Below are positions 15,979 through 25,251 of a stretch of 64,000 nt of DNA, piece after piece. How positions within the stretch are numbered: the first letter of the stretch is position 1; each line of letters starts with the position of its first letter. The notes under the pieces were generated by a model that did no database searches, was not told the origin of the DNA, and saw only the letters and a list, made by a program, of their open reading frames with translations. The translations under genes were made by a program, and so were the position numbers. Location of the stretch: the IMG/VR virus record IMGVR_UViG_3300046536_000256, positions 1 through 64,000 of that record, one strand, 5' to 3'.

Positions 15979-17084
15979 GCGAATCTTTCCTTAGTCTGAA
16001 AAACATCTTCTTTAATGAAGAAGTAAGTGATGGCACCCGTTACCGAAAGGTTCAGTAGCACCAGTAGAACAACCCACCAAGTTGGCGGGTCTATCGCTTC
16101 CGTCATGTAAGCGAAGTCTTCGTTTGGCACGCGATTGAAATCTTTCTTGATCAAAGCATACTGCTCTTTAACCACGTCGATTCCAAACGCACGCTCGTAC
16201 GTCAAGGTTTGCAATTGCTTCAACAGAATCTGGTTGTTCTGTCCATCGGCGAACGACATTGCCTTTGCCCATTGGATCTGCTCGTTGTCATCGACACCGT
16301 AAAACAAGATGACGTCGTTCTTCCGAGGACCCTTCCAGTACTCCATGAGTGCATAGAAATAGTCTGGACCGTTTTTGGTTACGACCAAGATTATGTTCAT
16401 TTGCTTTAGGACGGCATCTTTAGTCAGCTGGTTGTTCAGCCAAATGTTGATGTCGTCATAATCCTGCTTGGTATCGTCCACTACACGGTAGAAGTTGTAA
16501 TAGTCGTACGGCAACGGATAAGAAGGCAACACCCCCACATACTTCGCAGAGATGGTTGGGTCTGTCTTGAAGCGGTTATCATCGATCAGGAGGTAGTTTC
16601 GCACCATCTCCGTCTCAGACGCAGGATCACCCACTTCCACGTCGCTCCAGCGCGGCGGCTCGCCCAAGCCACGGCGGTCTATTCGGTCAATCGTGTATCG
16701 GGTACCCAACGAGGTACGCACGTCCCAGTCGACGTCATAGGAGTGCTCATGGCAATACTTCGGCGAGCACGACCGTGAGGTAGTTGCTTTGCCCTTCGAG
16801 TCACGAGAGGTTGACGTTGTACACGTTTCCCCGCACTGATACGAATGACTGCATGAAACCTCATCACGATCTTTGCTGGTTACGTAACCGTTGATCACAT
16901 CAAAGTCGTGTGACTTCATAACCCCCGCCATTGCCAGCAACCCAAGACACAGCAACGTGGATACACCCACTGCCCCCAGTTGGCACAGCCACTCTTTCCA
17001 GCAGATCTTGTGGCCCCAGAAGAACTTGCAAAACGTGATCAAAATAATGGAGGGTATAGCCATTATCGCAAGGTAGAATCCCAT
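15975..17084 (-). CDS. membrane protein with Cys-rich segment and TPM(DUF477)-like domain
   Basis: Two N-terminal TMs, Cys cluster (CSHSYQCGETC...CSPKYC), MNIILVVT...YWKGPRKNDVILFYG, C-terminal TM. Confidence 0.5.
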   Translation of the reverse strand: MGFYLAIMAIPSIILITFCKFFWGHKICWKEWLCQLGAVGVSTLLCLGLLAMAGVMKSHDFDVINGYVTSKDRDEVSCSHSYQCGETCTTSTSRDSKGKATTSRSCSPKYCHEHSYDVDWDVRTSLGTRYTIDRIDRRGLGEPPRWSDVEVGDPASETEMVRNYLLIDDNRFKTDPTISAKYVGVLPSYPLPYDYYNFYRVVDDTKQDYDDINIWLNNQLTKDAVLKQMNIILVVTKNGPDYFYALMEYWKGPRKNDVILFYGVDDNEQIQWAKAMSFADGQNNQILLKQLQTLTYERAFGIDVVKEQYALIKKDFNRVPNEDFAYMTEAIDPPTWWVVLLVLLNLSVTGAITYFFIKEDVFQTKERFA

Positions 17085-17142
17085 TCCGGTTTCCTAATAG
17101 TCCTAAGGAAAGACCCCGGTGGTTAGCCGAGGTCTTCGAGGG

Positions 17143-17769
17143 TTACGCGTTTAGGACACCTTCGCCTTCACCGAACCCCAACAACCCCACACCCATGATG
17201 TGCGCTTGTTCAAACGTGACATCATGGCGGAAGCGCTGGTCGATTACCCACTCCAACGACGGCACATCCGGAACCACCGATTTGATTTCCGGTACTTCCT
17301 GTTCGAAGTCGAAGTCCTTGACGGTCAAACGGTTTATTGCGTACAGGATGAAGGTGAACAACGACACCAAGTGTTTCTGGCTGATACCTTCACGATCTGC
17401 GTAGGTTAACCCCCACAGCCGAACCCCCTCTGCGCTACCAGTGGTGGCAAACAACGAAGGATCGCCCTTGGCGATCAGCGTACGGTAATCCACCTCGCGA
17501 ATGGTCGTAAACAGATCAACCGCTTTCAGGTATTCCTGAATGTCACGTTTCAGCCCGGTCATTTGCGCGATGTACCCCGGCGTAGCACCGGGAACGTTCA
17601 TGGCCAAGTCGAACAGGGTCAACATGGTCCGCAGAGAGTCGTTGGCCTCGACAACCGCTTGGTCGTAGGTCAAACCCTTGGTGACTTGCAGTTCGGCCAC
17701 GTACGGCGACGACAGGGTCTTAGCGACTACATCGAAGATCCCGGTGATTGCTGGTGTATTGTTAACCAT
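17143..17769 (-). CDS. hypothetical protein with dispersed helical motif
   Basis: Start reassigned to MVNNTP; contains EWVIDQRFRHDVTFEQAHIMG and YVAELQVTKGLTYDQA. Confidence 0.7.
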   Translation of the reverse strand: MVNNTPAITGIFDVVAKTLSSPYVAELQVTKGLTYDQAVVEANDSLRTMLTLFDLAMNVPGATPGYIAQMTGLKRDIQEYLKAVDLFTTIREVDYRTLIAKGDPSLFATTGSAEGVRLWGLTYADREGISQKHLVSLFTFILYAINRLTVKDFDFEQEVPEIKSVVPDVPSLEWVIDQRFRHDVTFEQAHIMGVGLLGFGEGEGVLNA

Positions 17770-18286
17770 TGATAAACTTCCCAAAGACACGTTGTTTTCT
17801 GATTCGGCGAAACAAGCCCGAAAACCCAAAGAAAGGGAACAAGGCAATCTTCCCTTTGAAATGTGTTACGTTGTTCTCGATCATCCAAGCCTCGATCAGG
17901 TTGTGCTGAATATCCAGCTCATCCTCGGGGTTCCAACGATCGGCTTGACGCAACCAGCGCGGGTTAGCTTTAATCCGCACTGGGCTGACCACATCACCCA
18001 CCACCATCATGCCGTGATCACCTTGGTCAATAAACTCCTGGATGATCTGCGGATACACCTCGGCCTGACGGAAACATTCTTGCACGTAACCAACAGGATC
18101 TTTGGTCATGGCAATCGAGGTAATCAACCCTACAACCGCCTCAGCAGAATGGTTCTTTGCTTCCCGAGCAGCCAACTTCTTTAGCTTCTTAGGATTCGTG
18201 GTGAAGTTCTCTTTCAGGAACTTAAGGAAAGCAGCTTCCTGCTGGAGGGGAGTCAGCTGCTCTTTTACATCGACTACTTCATCCAT
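17762..18286 (-). CDS. hypothetical protein
   Basis: 174 aa, coupled to the next gene. Confidence 0.7.
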   Translation of the reverse strand: MDEVVDVKEQLTPLQQEAAFLKFLKENFTTNPKKLKKLAAREAKNHSAEAVVGLITSIAMTKDPVGYVQECFRQAEVYPQIIQEFIDQGDHGMMVVGDVVSPVRIKANPRWLRQADRWNPEDELDIQHNLIEAWMIENNVTHFKGKIALFPFFGFSGLFRRIRKQRVFGKFING

Positions 18287-18292
18287 GCTGCT

Positions 18293-18898
18293 TTACACCC
18301 GGTGAGAGATCTGACGCTCGACGATGATTTCGTAAGGGAAGTACATCAATCCCTCGCGCTCTTGTGGAGCAGGACCGACATTCACCCACATCGAAATCCC
18401 CTTCTTGCTTTCAGGGGTTGGGAACAATCGCCTGACCGTAGCGTAGCCCGCCTGATTGATAGCACGGTCCTTGCTGGTGTCGGGGTTTACTTTCATGAAC
18501 CATTCGACCCAGTCCATGTTTACGAACCGACGATCATCAACAGCGCTGAACGGGGTGGGCTCGATGCCAAACTCAGGATGACTGCTTGGAAGCAGATGCA
18601 TCATGCTCTCTTCATGGTCCTTGAAGACTTGAAGACAAGCCTTGACACGGCTGGCTGGAAACTCATGCATCCCCAACCCAGATTCAAATGCCCGCAGACG
18701 CTCATGCAGCCAACGAAGACGTTCGGGGGTTGCACGCAAGATCTCAACGAGCCGGGCTGGGAGATCGGGATACTTATCGACTTCGTGATCGATAAAACCC
18801 TGGATAGTGTTGCCGAGACCGCAATCGTGAATATCACCCAATGGCAGGTCTTTACGCATTTGTTCTTTTTCAGCTTCGTAGTCAGTGCGAACGCTCAT
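18293..18898 (-). CDS. hypothetical protein with dispersed helical motif
   Basis: 201 aa; VNMDWVEWFMKVNPDTSKDRAINQAG. Confidence 0.7.
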   Translation of the reverse strand: MSVRTDYEAEKEQMRKDLPLGDIHDCGLGNTIQGFIDHEVDKYPDLPARLVEILRATPERLRWLHERLRAFESGLGMHEFPASRVKACLQVFKDHEESMMHLLPSSHPEFGIEPTPFSAVDDRRFVNMDWVEWFMKVNPDTSKDRAINQAGYATVRRLFPTPESKKGISMWVNVGPAPQEREGLMYFPYEIIVERQISHRV

Positions 18899-18929
18899 GG
18901 TTGTTATCCTTACAGGGTTATAATTGAGG

Positions 18930-19661
18930 TTAGTACTTCTGAACGGTGACCTTTGTGCCTTCGAGGTGTGCTTCGAGATAGTGAACCTTCTCGAAATACT
19001 TGTACCACACCACCCACTTCATGGACAGTACGGTGCGGTGGATGCCGGCCTTCTTGAACTCAGGTTCAGTGATCCACTTCTCCGGTGCTTCGATAACTCT
19101 TGGACGTGGCAATTCACGGTCCAGTTGTTGCATGATCTTGAGCGCGGCTTCATGGGCTTGGAGAATCCCGATACCCTGTTTATTCGAGTACCACAGCAGC
19201 CACTCGGTACTTGGCTGAAGACCACCATTATTACCGTAGATGCTTGGCTCGTCGCTAGCCGGCTCGTAGCGCGCGGTAGCGGCGATTTCTTTGAGTTCGG
19301 CGATCGACTGCTGCATCCGCTCGATTTGTTGCTCAACACAAATAGCCGCGTGTTCAGCTACCCGGGTAACGTCCATGTTGCGTTGAGTGGCGTAGTACTC
19401 GACCCACTCCCGATTGATATCACTTTTGGCACCCTGAAACAGGGAAGGAATGGGACCGAAGCCGGATTCTTCTGCCTTAGCCGCCAGCCAAGCAAACCGT
19501 TCCATGATGACTTGGATGGTAACTTCGTCACTTGCACCTTTGTTGACCCGTTCCAGCAACTTGGCGAGCTGGTCGATAACAATTGTGTCGGCCCACTCTG
19601 GAAGCTGGAGGTCTTTACGAGACTTGCGGGCTACTGATTCTGGCGAAATGATTTGGACCAT
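18930..19661 (-). CDS. hypothetical protein
   Basis: 243 aa; INREWVEYYATQRNMDVTRVA weak motif copy, plus a coiled-coil segment. Confidence 0.7.
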   Translation of the reverse strand: MVQIISPESVARKSRKDLQLPEWADTIVIDQLAKLLERVNKGASDEVTIQVIMERFAWLAAKAEESGFGPIPSLFQGAKSDINREWVEYYATQRNMDVTRVAEHAAICVEQQIERMQQSIAELKEIAATARYEPASDEPSIYGNNGGLQPSTEWLLWYSNKQGIGILQAHEAALKIMQQLDRELPRPRVIEAPEKWITEPEFKKAGIHRTVLSMKWVVWYKYFEKVHYLEAHLEGTKVTVQKY

Positions 19662-20307
19662 GGTCTAATTCCTTTGAAAATTCACGTTCTTGACGAAGCT
19701 GGTTAATACGTCTAACCGCTTCAAATACTTGCGGCGGGTACTTGGTCTCATCGAACCAACCCCCAATGTACACTTCCAGACAACGGGTGCTGCGCAAGGC
19801 CTCTTTAAAGACCAAATGAATCCCGTTATCTACTTTGAAACTGATTAGGAATTTCCCCATTCCAATCAGCGTCTTGATCGTATCCCCGAGTACAACATTT
19901 GTTAGGCTACAGATGGGAGTACGATACTTCAGGCGGTCAGCAATCACCGCATGAAATTCCCGGGTCACCCCCAACGAGTGGAGTTTGTTCCAAGGCAATT
20001 CTTCTTTTACAACACGCTTAACACTGAGGAAGACCCCTTCGTATTCCGGGGTCCGACTGACAACGCTAAACTCTGCTACCCCTTGGCGCTTACGAGGACC
20101 CTTCTCCCAAGTGAACCCAGAGAGGGCTAACACAGGGTTGTCCTTGTGACCGCTCTTCAGGACACGGTCAGCGTAAGCTTTAAAGAACGGAGAGATCCCG
20201 CACCCTTCACCGATTGATTCGGCTATGTAGGGGCGGAGGCTATCCAAAGTTTTATGCAAATCCTTCACCTGACGAACATTGCTTATTGGCGCAATTTTTC
20301 CGTTCAT
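19615..20307 (-). CDS. hypothetical protein
   Basis: 230-aa ORF in a collinear minus-strand run. Confidence 0.65.
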   Translation of the reverse strand: MNGKIAPISNVRQVKDLHKTLDSLRPYIAESIGEGCGISPFFKAYADRVLKSGHKDNPVLALSGFTWEKGPRKRQGVAEFSVVSRTPEYEGVFLSVKRVVKEELPWNKLHSLGVTREFHAVIADRLKYRTPICSLTNVVLGDTIKTLIGMGKFLISFKVDNGIHLVFKEALRSTRCLEVYIGGWFDETKYPPQVFEAVRRINQLRQEREFSKELDHGPNHFARISSPQVS

Positions 20308-20352
20308 TACTGCTCTCTTATCCAGTCCATAGCGATTCCGGGTACAGTGGAA

Positions 20353-20709
20353 TCATCCCATAGACTCACGATCCCTTTCCATGTCCCGTCTGGTTTGCTC
20401 GTCCAGAGTAATGGTGTGCTGCTTGCACTTACCGCACTTGGACTCCTTAACCAGCTTGAACCCATAAGCAGAAATCAATACCGCTCGACCTTCTGCCATG
20501 ACTTGTGTAGTGATACACTGTCCTTTGCCTGGCAGTTTGACTTTGCGGAAGTTGTCGAATACCGACACACCAAAGGTAGCCAGCGCGTAGTCGTCGAAGA
20601 GCTCTTCTAAAGCTGCTTGGACATTCTCCTTGGGCAACCCCTCAAAGAACACGTCCAAGCGCTTACCGACCTCTTCAGCCACCTCATAATCGAATCGAGG
20701 TTCATTCAT
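20353..20709 (-). CDS. hypothetical protein
   Basis: 118 aa; overlaps the upstream stop; CGKC near the C-terminus. Confidence 0.65.
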   Translation of the reverse strand: MNEPRFDYEVAEEVGKRLDVFFEGLPKENVQAALEELFDDYALATFGVSVFDNFRKVKLPGKGQCITTQVMAEGRAVLISAYGFKLVKESKCGKCKQHTITLDEQTRRDMERDRESMG

Positions 20710-21427
20710 ACGGGAACATTCCGATGGAGCTTTGAAGGATAGAGACCAGACGTCTCAGATCGTTCTCACTGAAAATCCCCTCATCAGTGAAGGTGGCGAT
20801 TGCCTCGCCGTCAAGGATCCGGAGCAAGACCTCCCAGATATTGATGACGTCGGTCTTGTCATTGATACGGTAAATCGCCATTGTTCCGGTCAGATACCCC
20901 ATGACGACACGGAAGTCAGAAAACGTTTTACGTTCCTTATCCGTTACCATGCGGATTCTGATATCACCATCCAGTTGCAGCCACTCGTTAAAATTGGACA
21001 GGTAAACTTCCTGAGCTTCCAGAGTTTTACCCACTTTGGCCTTGATCACGTTGCCCTTCATCATCGCCTCGTAAGGCGTGATGTTGTCCCGCATACACTT
21101 ATCCATTACCCATTCCAAGGTAATGATCCGAGTGCCTTCGATAAACATCACCGGCGGCTCAGCAGGGAGGAACTTGGGGTCAGCCAAGTTCAGGGTCGTT
21201 TTAATTACACCAAGTGCCGCGGACCAACCACCGGTGACCCGACTCCTCAGATCAAAGATAGGCATCGCGTGATCGGTATTACCAGGGAACTTTTCTTTCA
21301 ACATCGCACGGTGTTGAGGGACGACAACCGTTTTCTTGTACCACTCGCCCCAAGCTTCTGGGAAGGCGTGCGGGTGGTCCATAAAAGGACTCGGCTCGTC
21401 TTTTCCAGGAACGTATTGATTTTCCAT
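20702..21427 (-). CDS. hypothetical protein; C-terminal domain paralogous to 21427-21750
   Basis: MVTDKERKTFSDF...EGIFSENDLRRL. Confidence 0.7.
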   Translation of the reverse strand: MENQYVPGKDEPSPFMDHPHAFPEAWGEWYKKTVVVPQHRAMLKEKFPGNTDHAMPIFDLRSRVTGGWSAALGVIKTTLNLADPKFLPAEPPVMFIEGTRIITLEWVMDKCMRDNITPYEAMMKGNVIKAKVGKTLEAQEVYLSNFNEWLQLDGDIRIRMVTDKERKTFSDFRVVMGYLTGTMAIYRINDKTDVINIWEVLLRILDGEAIATFTDEGIFSENDLRRLVSILQSSIGMFPYE

Positions 21428-21750
21428 TATGAGATCATCGCCTTGAACACGTTAGCCAAACGAATGAGGTCGTTCTCGTTGAACTTCTCTTCGTAGAGAT
21501 AGTCGCAACGCAATTCCCCTTCCACTTCGTAGATCCGTGCGCGTGGCTGCTGGATCACGCCGATCGTTTCGTTAACCACGATCACCTTAGCCAGCGGTGC
21601 AATGGACACCAGGAAATCGGTGAACTGTTTACGCTGCGAATCGGTGTGCATGGAGACGTTAACATTCCAACCGCCGTGCTCAACCCAGACTTTCATTTCC
21701 GGGAACCACATACCAGCACCCAGAAGAGGTTTTTCCATTACTTGTGTCAT
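21427..21750 (-). CDS. hypothetical protein (single copy of the domain in 20702-21427)
   Basis: Start reassigned to MTQVMEK (AAGGA SD); MHTDSQRKQFTDF...EEKFNENDLIRL. Confidence 0.7.
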   Translation of the reverse strand: MTQVMEKPLLGAGMWFPEMKVWVEHGGWNVNVSMHTDSQRKQFTDFLVSIAPLAKVIVVNETIGVIQQPRARIYEVEGELRCDYLYEEKFNENDLIRLANVFKAMIS

Positions 21751-21760
21751 TGTTTGTTCC

Positions 21761-22603
21761 TTATTTGGATTCTTCAAACCAAGGATCGGTTGGATCCATT
21801 GGGTCGTGGTATTTGATTTTAACCAAGAGGGGATCACTTGGGTCCCATGGAAGGATCTCCACGTTCTTCCGCATCTTGCCGTGAGCAAACTCATTGTCAA
21901 TCATGGACTTAGCGCCCACTTCGAAAGCATGACTGTGGTTAACACCATACGTCTCAACACACCAGTCCAACCACTCCTTGTTCAGACGACGACGATTGAC
22001 GGTGTCCAGTAGACACGGTTCGTTCTTTGACGGACGCAGGTCCGCGATCATAACCGGCTGGGAAACGTTATCTATCACCAGTCGTGGAGTAAGCTGGGAC
22101 TTTACCAAGCCTTCGAGTTCCTCAAAGACCCTATCCATGTCGCTTCCAGGAACCCACCCACGGAGATAGGCTTCCAAAGGAGCAGGGTCCATAGGTGTAC
22201 GCCAGGTAACCTCGCTAGGATCTGGGATGTGAGAAGACATGATCCGATTACCTCGGAGATCGTGACCGGGTTCTGGTCCTATTGCGGTTGGCTTAGTTCT
22301 ACCGTAAAAGGCATCACGAACCGAATCGACAACTTTCTCGACAACAGCTGCGTCTTGAAGAGGGCGGTTACCTTGCCAAGGGTTCTGGGTAACCTCCCCA
22401 CACGACGCATTGGGGTCGGTGTACATCCCCAGCTGAGCCGCTCTCCGACACTCCGAGTGACCCACGTCCTTTTCTTTAGGACCTTGTCCCATGAAACCTG
22501 GGTTATGCGGCTCATCCAGAAAGTCGATTACTTCTTTGGATACTTTAACTGGCTTGTCCAAACCCAAGAACAAACGAACCCCTTTGTACAGTTGTGTGAA
22601 CAT
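21761..22603 (-). CDS. hypothetical protein with dispersed helical motif
   Basis: 280 aa; LNKEWLDWCVETYGVNHSHAFEVG. Confidence 0.7.
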   Translation of the reverse strand: MFTQLYKGVRLFLGLDKPVKVSKEVIDFLDEPHNPGFMGQGPKEKDVGHSECRRAAQLGMYTDPNASCGEVTQNPWQGNRPLQDAAVVEKVVDSVRDAFYGRTKPTAIGPEPGHDLRGNRIMSSHIPDPSEVTWRTPMDPAPLEAYLRGWVPGSDMDRVFEELEGLVKSQLTPRLVIDNVSQPVMIADLRPSKNEPCLLDTVNRRRLNKEWLDWCVETYGVNHSHAFEVGAKSMIDNEFAHGKMRKNVEILPWDPSDPLLVKIKYHDPMDPTDPWFEESK

Positions 22604-22605
22604 GA

Positions 22606-23025
22606 TTACTCCTTAAGCTTATAAGAGAACACCGCGGGCTTAACTGACCAGTCTGACGGGAACTTGAGCGGGATGGCTTCGATAGAAGGCCACGATTCGA
22701 TCGGTTTGATGTGTCTTGGATCATTAATCAAATCGTTCAAAACCTTGGTGAATTCCTCAGCCCGCGTGCTCGACTTGATCATGGGTAATTCGATGATCCC
22801 GTCTTTACAGATCACCGGGTTAACTTCGCTAGCCAACTTGAGGATCTCTTCCACCGTGCCAAGTGGGGGCAAGGAAAAGAACTCCTTGCCCCACAATGCC
22901 ATCCAACGACTGATCGGGGTGTTCTTGTGTTCTTCAAACGTGAACTCGATCGCTGGTCGACGGTTAATGCGATAGATGCCTCCATCAGGGGCCACAGCGG
23001 TTCTAGGGGTATTTTCTTTTGCCAC
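22606..23025 (-). CDS. hypothetical protein
   Basis: 139 aa, AGGAGGT SD, first gene after the promoter at 23066. Confidence 0.7.
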   Translation of the reverse strand: MAKENTPRTAVAPDGGIYRINRRPAIEFTFEEHKNTPISRWMALWGKEFFSLPPLGTVEEILKLASEVNPVICKDGIIELPMIKSSTRAEEFTKVLNDLINDPRHIKPIESWPSIEAIPLKFPSDWSVKPAVFSYKLKE

Positions 23026-23065
23026 GATACTAACCTCCTAATAAAAGAATTCGTTATTCACAGTA

Positions 23066-23080
23066 GTAATATAGGTTTGA
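23066..23080 (-). promoter_or_regulatory. putative early promoter TCAAACCTATATTAC
   Basis: Exact copy of the repeated motif. Confidence 0.75.
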
Positions 23081-23110
23081 GTAATTGTAAAAATCAATTT
23101 AACGAACATA

Positions 23111-23143
23111 ACCCTACTCCGTCCTTTCGGCGCGGAGTAGGGT
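23111..23143 (-). terminator. stem-loop followed by TATGTT
   Basis: 11-bp stem ACCCTACTCCG / CGGAGTAGGGT after the stop at 23150. Confidence 0.65.
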
Positions 23144-23149
23144 TAGTAC

Positions 23150-24343
23150 TTATGCCGCTTCTTTCAGCTCAGGGCACTCGTCACGCAATGCGTACGCGAT
23201 ATTGCCAACGGCGGAGTTCGTGATGTTGAGGAAGGTGAGAATACCGGATGTGGCGTTCAGGCTGCAACTGAGGTCGAACAGATCGTCGCTCAGCTCATCG
23301 TGCTTCTTCTCATCCTGGTTCTTGGTGATCTCGTCCTTCAGTTTGGCCATCTTGCTTTTCACGTCAGTATGAATCTCCTGGATCTTCTTCTTGCTACCCT
23401 CAGTCTGATCAAGGGCACGCTTACTGTCAGCGATCCAAGATTTGGCCGCACTGACACTCTTGAAGTAGTCAGGGTGTGTACCGTTAACAAACCCCTCGAG
23501 AGCTTCGATAACGGCACCGGTCCTGACAGACATCTCTGTGTAGATCTTTCGGGCGCGTTCGCTGAACGACTTATCTTCGGCGCTTTCAACGAAGGACTCT
23601 TTGCGGGTCTTGATGGTCGCGAGGGCCTTGTCGAGACTTTCGCAGTTTCTTTTGATGGCGGTGGCATTCAACACGGAGAGCTCGAACACCTCCTTAACCA
23701 ACTGAATAACCTGCGGGACCGCCTTTGCGACTTCGGCGGGAGTTGGTTTACCGGCTTCACCAGCGGGCTTGGAATCAGCCGACTTAGATTTGTCGTCAGA
23801 CCCGCTCTTAGCCGGCTCAGATTTGGACGAGCTTTTGCCGATCTTGAGATCTTCCTTGACTTCTTCGACCTTCTTTTCCAGCTTGGTCTTTTCCGGGCCA
23901 GCTGGAAGTTTTTCAACCTTGGCTTCAACAGCCTTCACGGCGGACACAACGTTAGCCGGAGTAACCTTTGGAGCCTCCATCGCTTTAACCGCCACTTCAG
24001 CCTCAGCAACGGTTGCCTTGATCTTTGCGTCCTTCTCAGCGGCCGGTTTACCGAAGAGGAATTCCCAGAGCGATTTGAACATCTTCTGGATGTATTCCCA
24101 CATCTTCGAGATGCCTTTACCGATGGTGCCGAACAACCCGCCTTCTTCGTTACCGGTAATTTCGTCGAGACCAGATTCCAGACCGGCGGCGTACATGACA
24201 CCGTGTACGTAGCGTTGCGCGGCAGTAAGGTTCATGCCCTCACTGCCGGTGACTGTGTCAATAAACCCGGTCATCACTTTTTCAACGTGACTTGGATCTG
24301 GAATTTCGTTGTAATCGTCAGCAAAATCAACAATATGGTGCAT
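23150..24343 (-). CDS. phiKZ-type internal head protein
   Basis: Acidic N-terminal propeptide ending AGLESGLDEITGNE, then EGGLFGTIGKGISKMWEYIQKMFKSLWEFLFG amphipathic helix, then a long K/E/A helical body. Confidence 0.7.
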   Translation of the reverse strand: MHHIVDFADDYNEIPDPSHVEKVMTGFIDTVTGSEGMNLTAAQRYVHGVMYAAGLESGLDEITGNEEGGLFGTIGKGISKMWEYIQKMFKSLWEFLFGKPAAEKDAKIKATVAEAEVAVKAMEAPKVTPANVVSAVKAVEAKVEKLPAGPEKTKLEKKVEEVKEDLKIGKSSSKSEPAKSGSDDKSKSADSKPAGEAGKPTPAEVAKAVPQVIQLVKEVFELSVLNATAIKRNCESLDKALATIKTRKESFVESAEDKSFSERARKIYTEMSVRTGAVIEALEGFVNGTHPDYFKSVSAAKSWIADSKRALDQTEGSKKKIQEIHTDVKSKMAKLKDEITKNQDEKKHDELSDDLFDLSCSLNATSGILTFLNITNSAVGNIAYALRDECPELKEAA

Positions 24344-24410
24344 ACATTTCCCCTGGTGTACCGAATAAGTTAATGACCTATAGCATTCGAGGAAACAAAA
24401 AAATAAAGTA

Positions 24411-24448
24411 AGGTAACCAACGGAGGCCGCAACCCCCGTTGGTTATCT
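24411..24448. terminator. stem-loop, putative terminator
   Basis: AGGTAACCAACGG / CCGTTGGTTATCT; A-rich flank gives a U-tract on minus. Confidence 0.6.
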
Positions 24449-24449
24449 C

Positions 24450-24971
24450 TTATCGATGTATCGGTATTACTGTAGCGGTGCACTCTTTACCCCCATCCCT
24501 GCTTCCAATGCGGAAGCCGTTGTAACCGCCACCGGCCCGAGGGCCAAATAGCTCGCTGTACCCCATCGTGTAAGCCACCTGGAAACTTACCCCGTACCGA
24601 TGACGATAGTCCATTACAAAAGCCATGGACACTAAAGCTTCGTCAGCTAACGATACCGGTGGTAGTGGATCATCCAAATCGATGTAGCGTCGTGGTTCTT
24701 CTGAAAGGTGGTTATACAGCGCGGTACCGATGTTGACGGCCATGCTGTGACTCAGGCCGTATTTCATCATCGACCAACGCACCCAACGTGGATGCACTGC
24801 TCCCTCACCCCGTGTAAATAAACTAGGTTCTGTAGGTTCCGGTGTGTACTCCGACCGACCTGGTACCTTAAGCACCGGTGTAACGGTTTGGAGAATCCCG
24901 AAGAGCGGCATTGCCAAAGAACGCATTGCCCCTACGACCCCAAGACTTGCTGAAGTAGCTTTATTAATCAC
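24450..24971 (-). CDS. hypothetical protein with two copies of the dispersed helical motif
   Basis: Probable GTG start after GAGG; RWVRWSMMKYGLSHSMAVNIG and AFVMDYRHRYGVSFQVAYTMG. Confidence 0.65.
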   Translation of the reverse strand: MINKATSASLGVVGAMRSLAMPLFGILQTVTPVLKVPGRSEYTPEPTEPSLFTRGEGAVHPRWVRWSMMKYGLSHSMAVNIGTALYNHLSEEPRRYIDLDDPLPPVSLADEALVSMAFVMDYRHRYGVSFQVAYTMGYSELFGPRAGGGYNGFRIGSRDGGKECTATVIPIHR

Positions 24972-25251
24972 AAGCTTTACCTCACGTACTTTATCGTTGA
25001 ATTGGTTTTCAGTTTTCCTATTGTTGCAGCAGCAGCTTGAACATATCACGGCGTTTTTCCTTAAGACGCTCGATGTCGATATGGTCTCACTTTACTTTCA
25101 ACGGAGATCTGTCCAACGATTGAATCAAGGCCTCTTTTGTCTGATTGAATCGTCCAAGGATATGTCCGTACACCATTCACTGTTTACGCAGTGATTCCCA
25201 TGGGTAACTTCTGTAAGCTTACCTTCTCGTTATAATCCAGATAAACACTGG

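Noticed and set aside
25020-25250. Protein-like frame interrupted by TGA codons (…SLRKQ*MVYGHIL…LKVK*DHIDIERLKEKRR…), suggesting readthrough or a pseudogene
   Set aside because: TGA is used as a normal stop elsewhere (many ATGA overlaps) and no homology supports the joined frame. Left unannotated.
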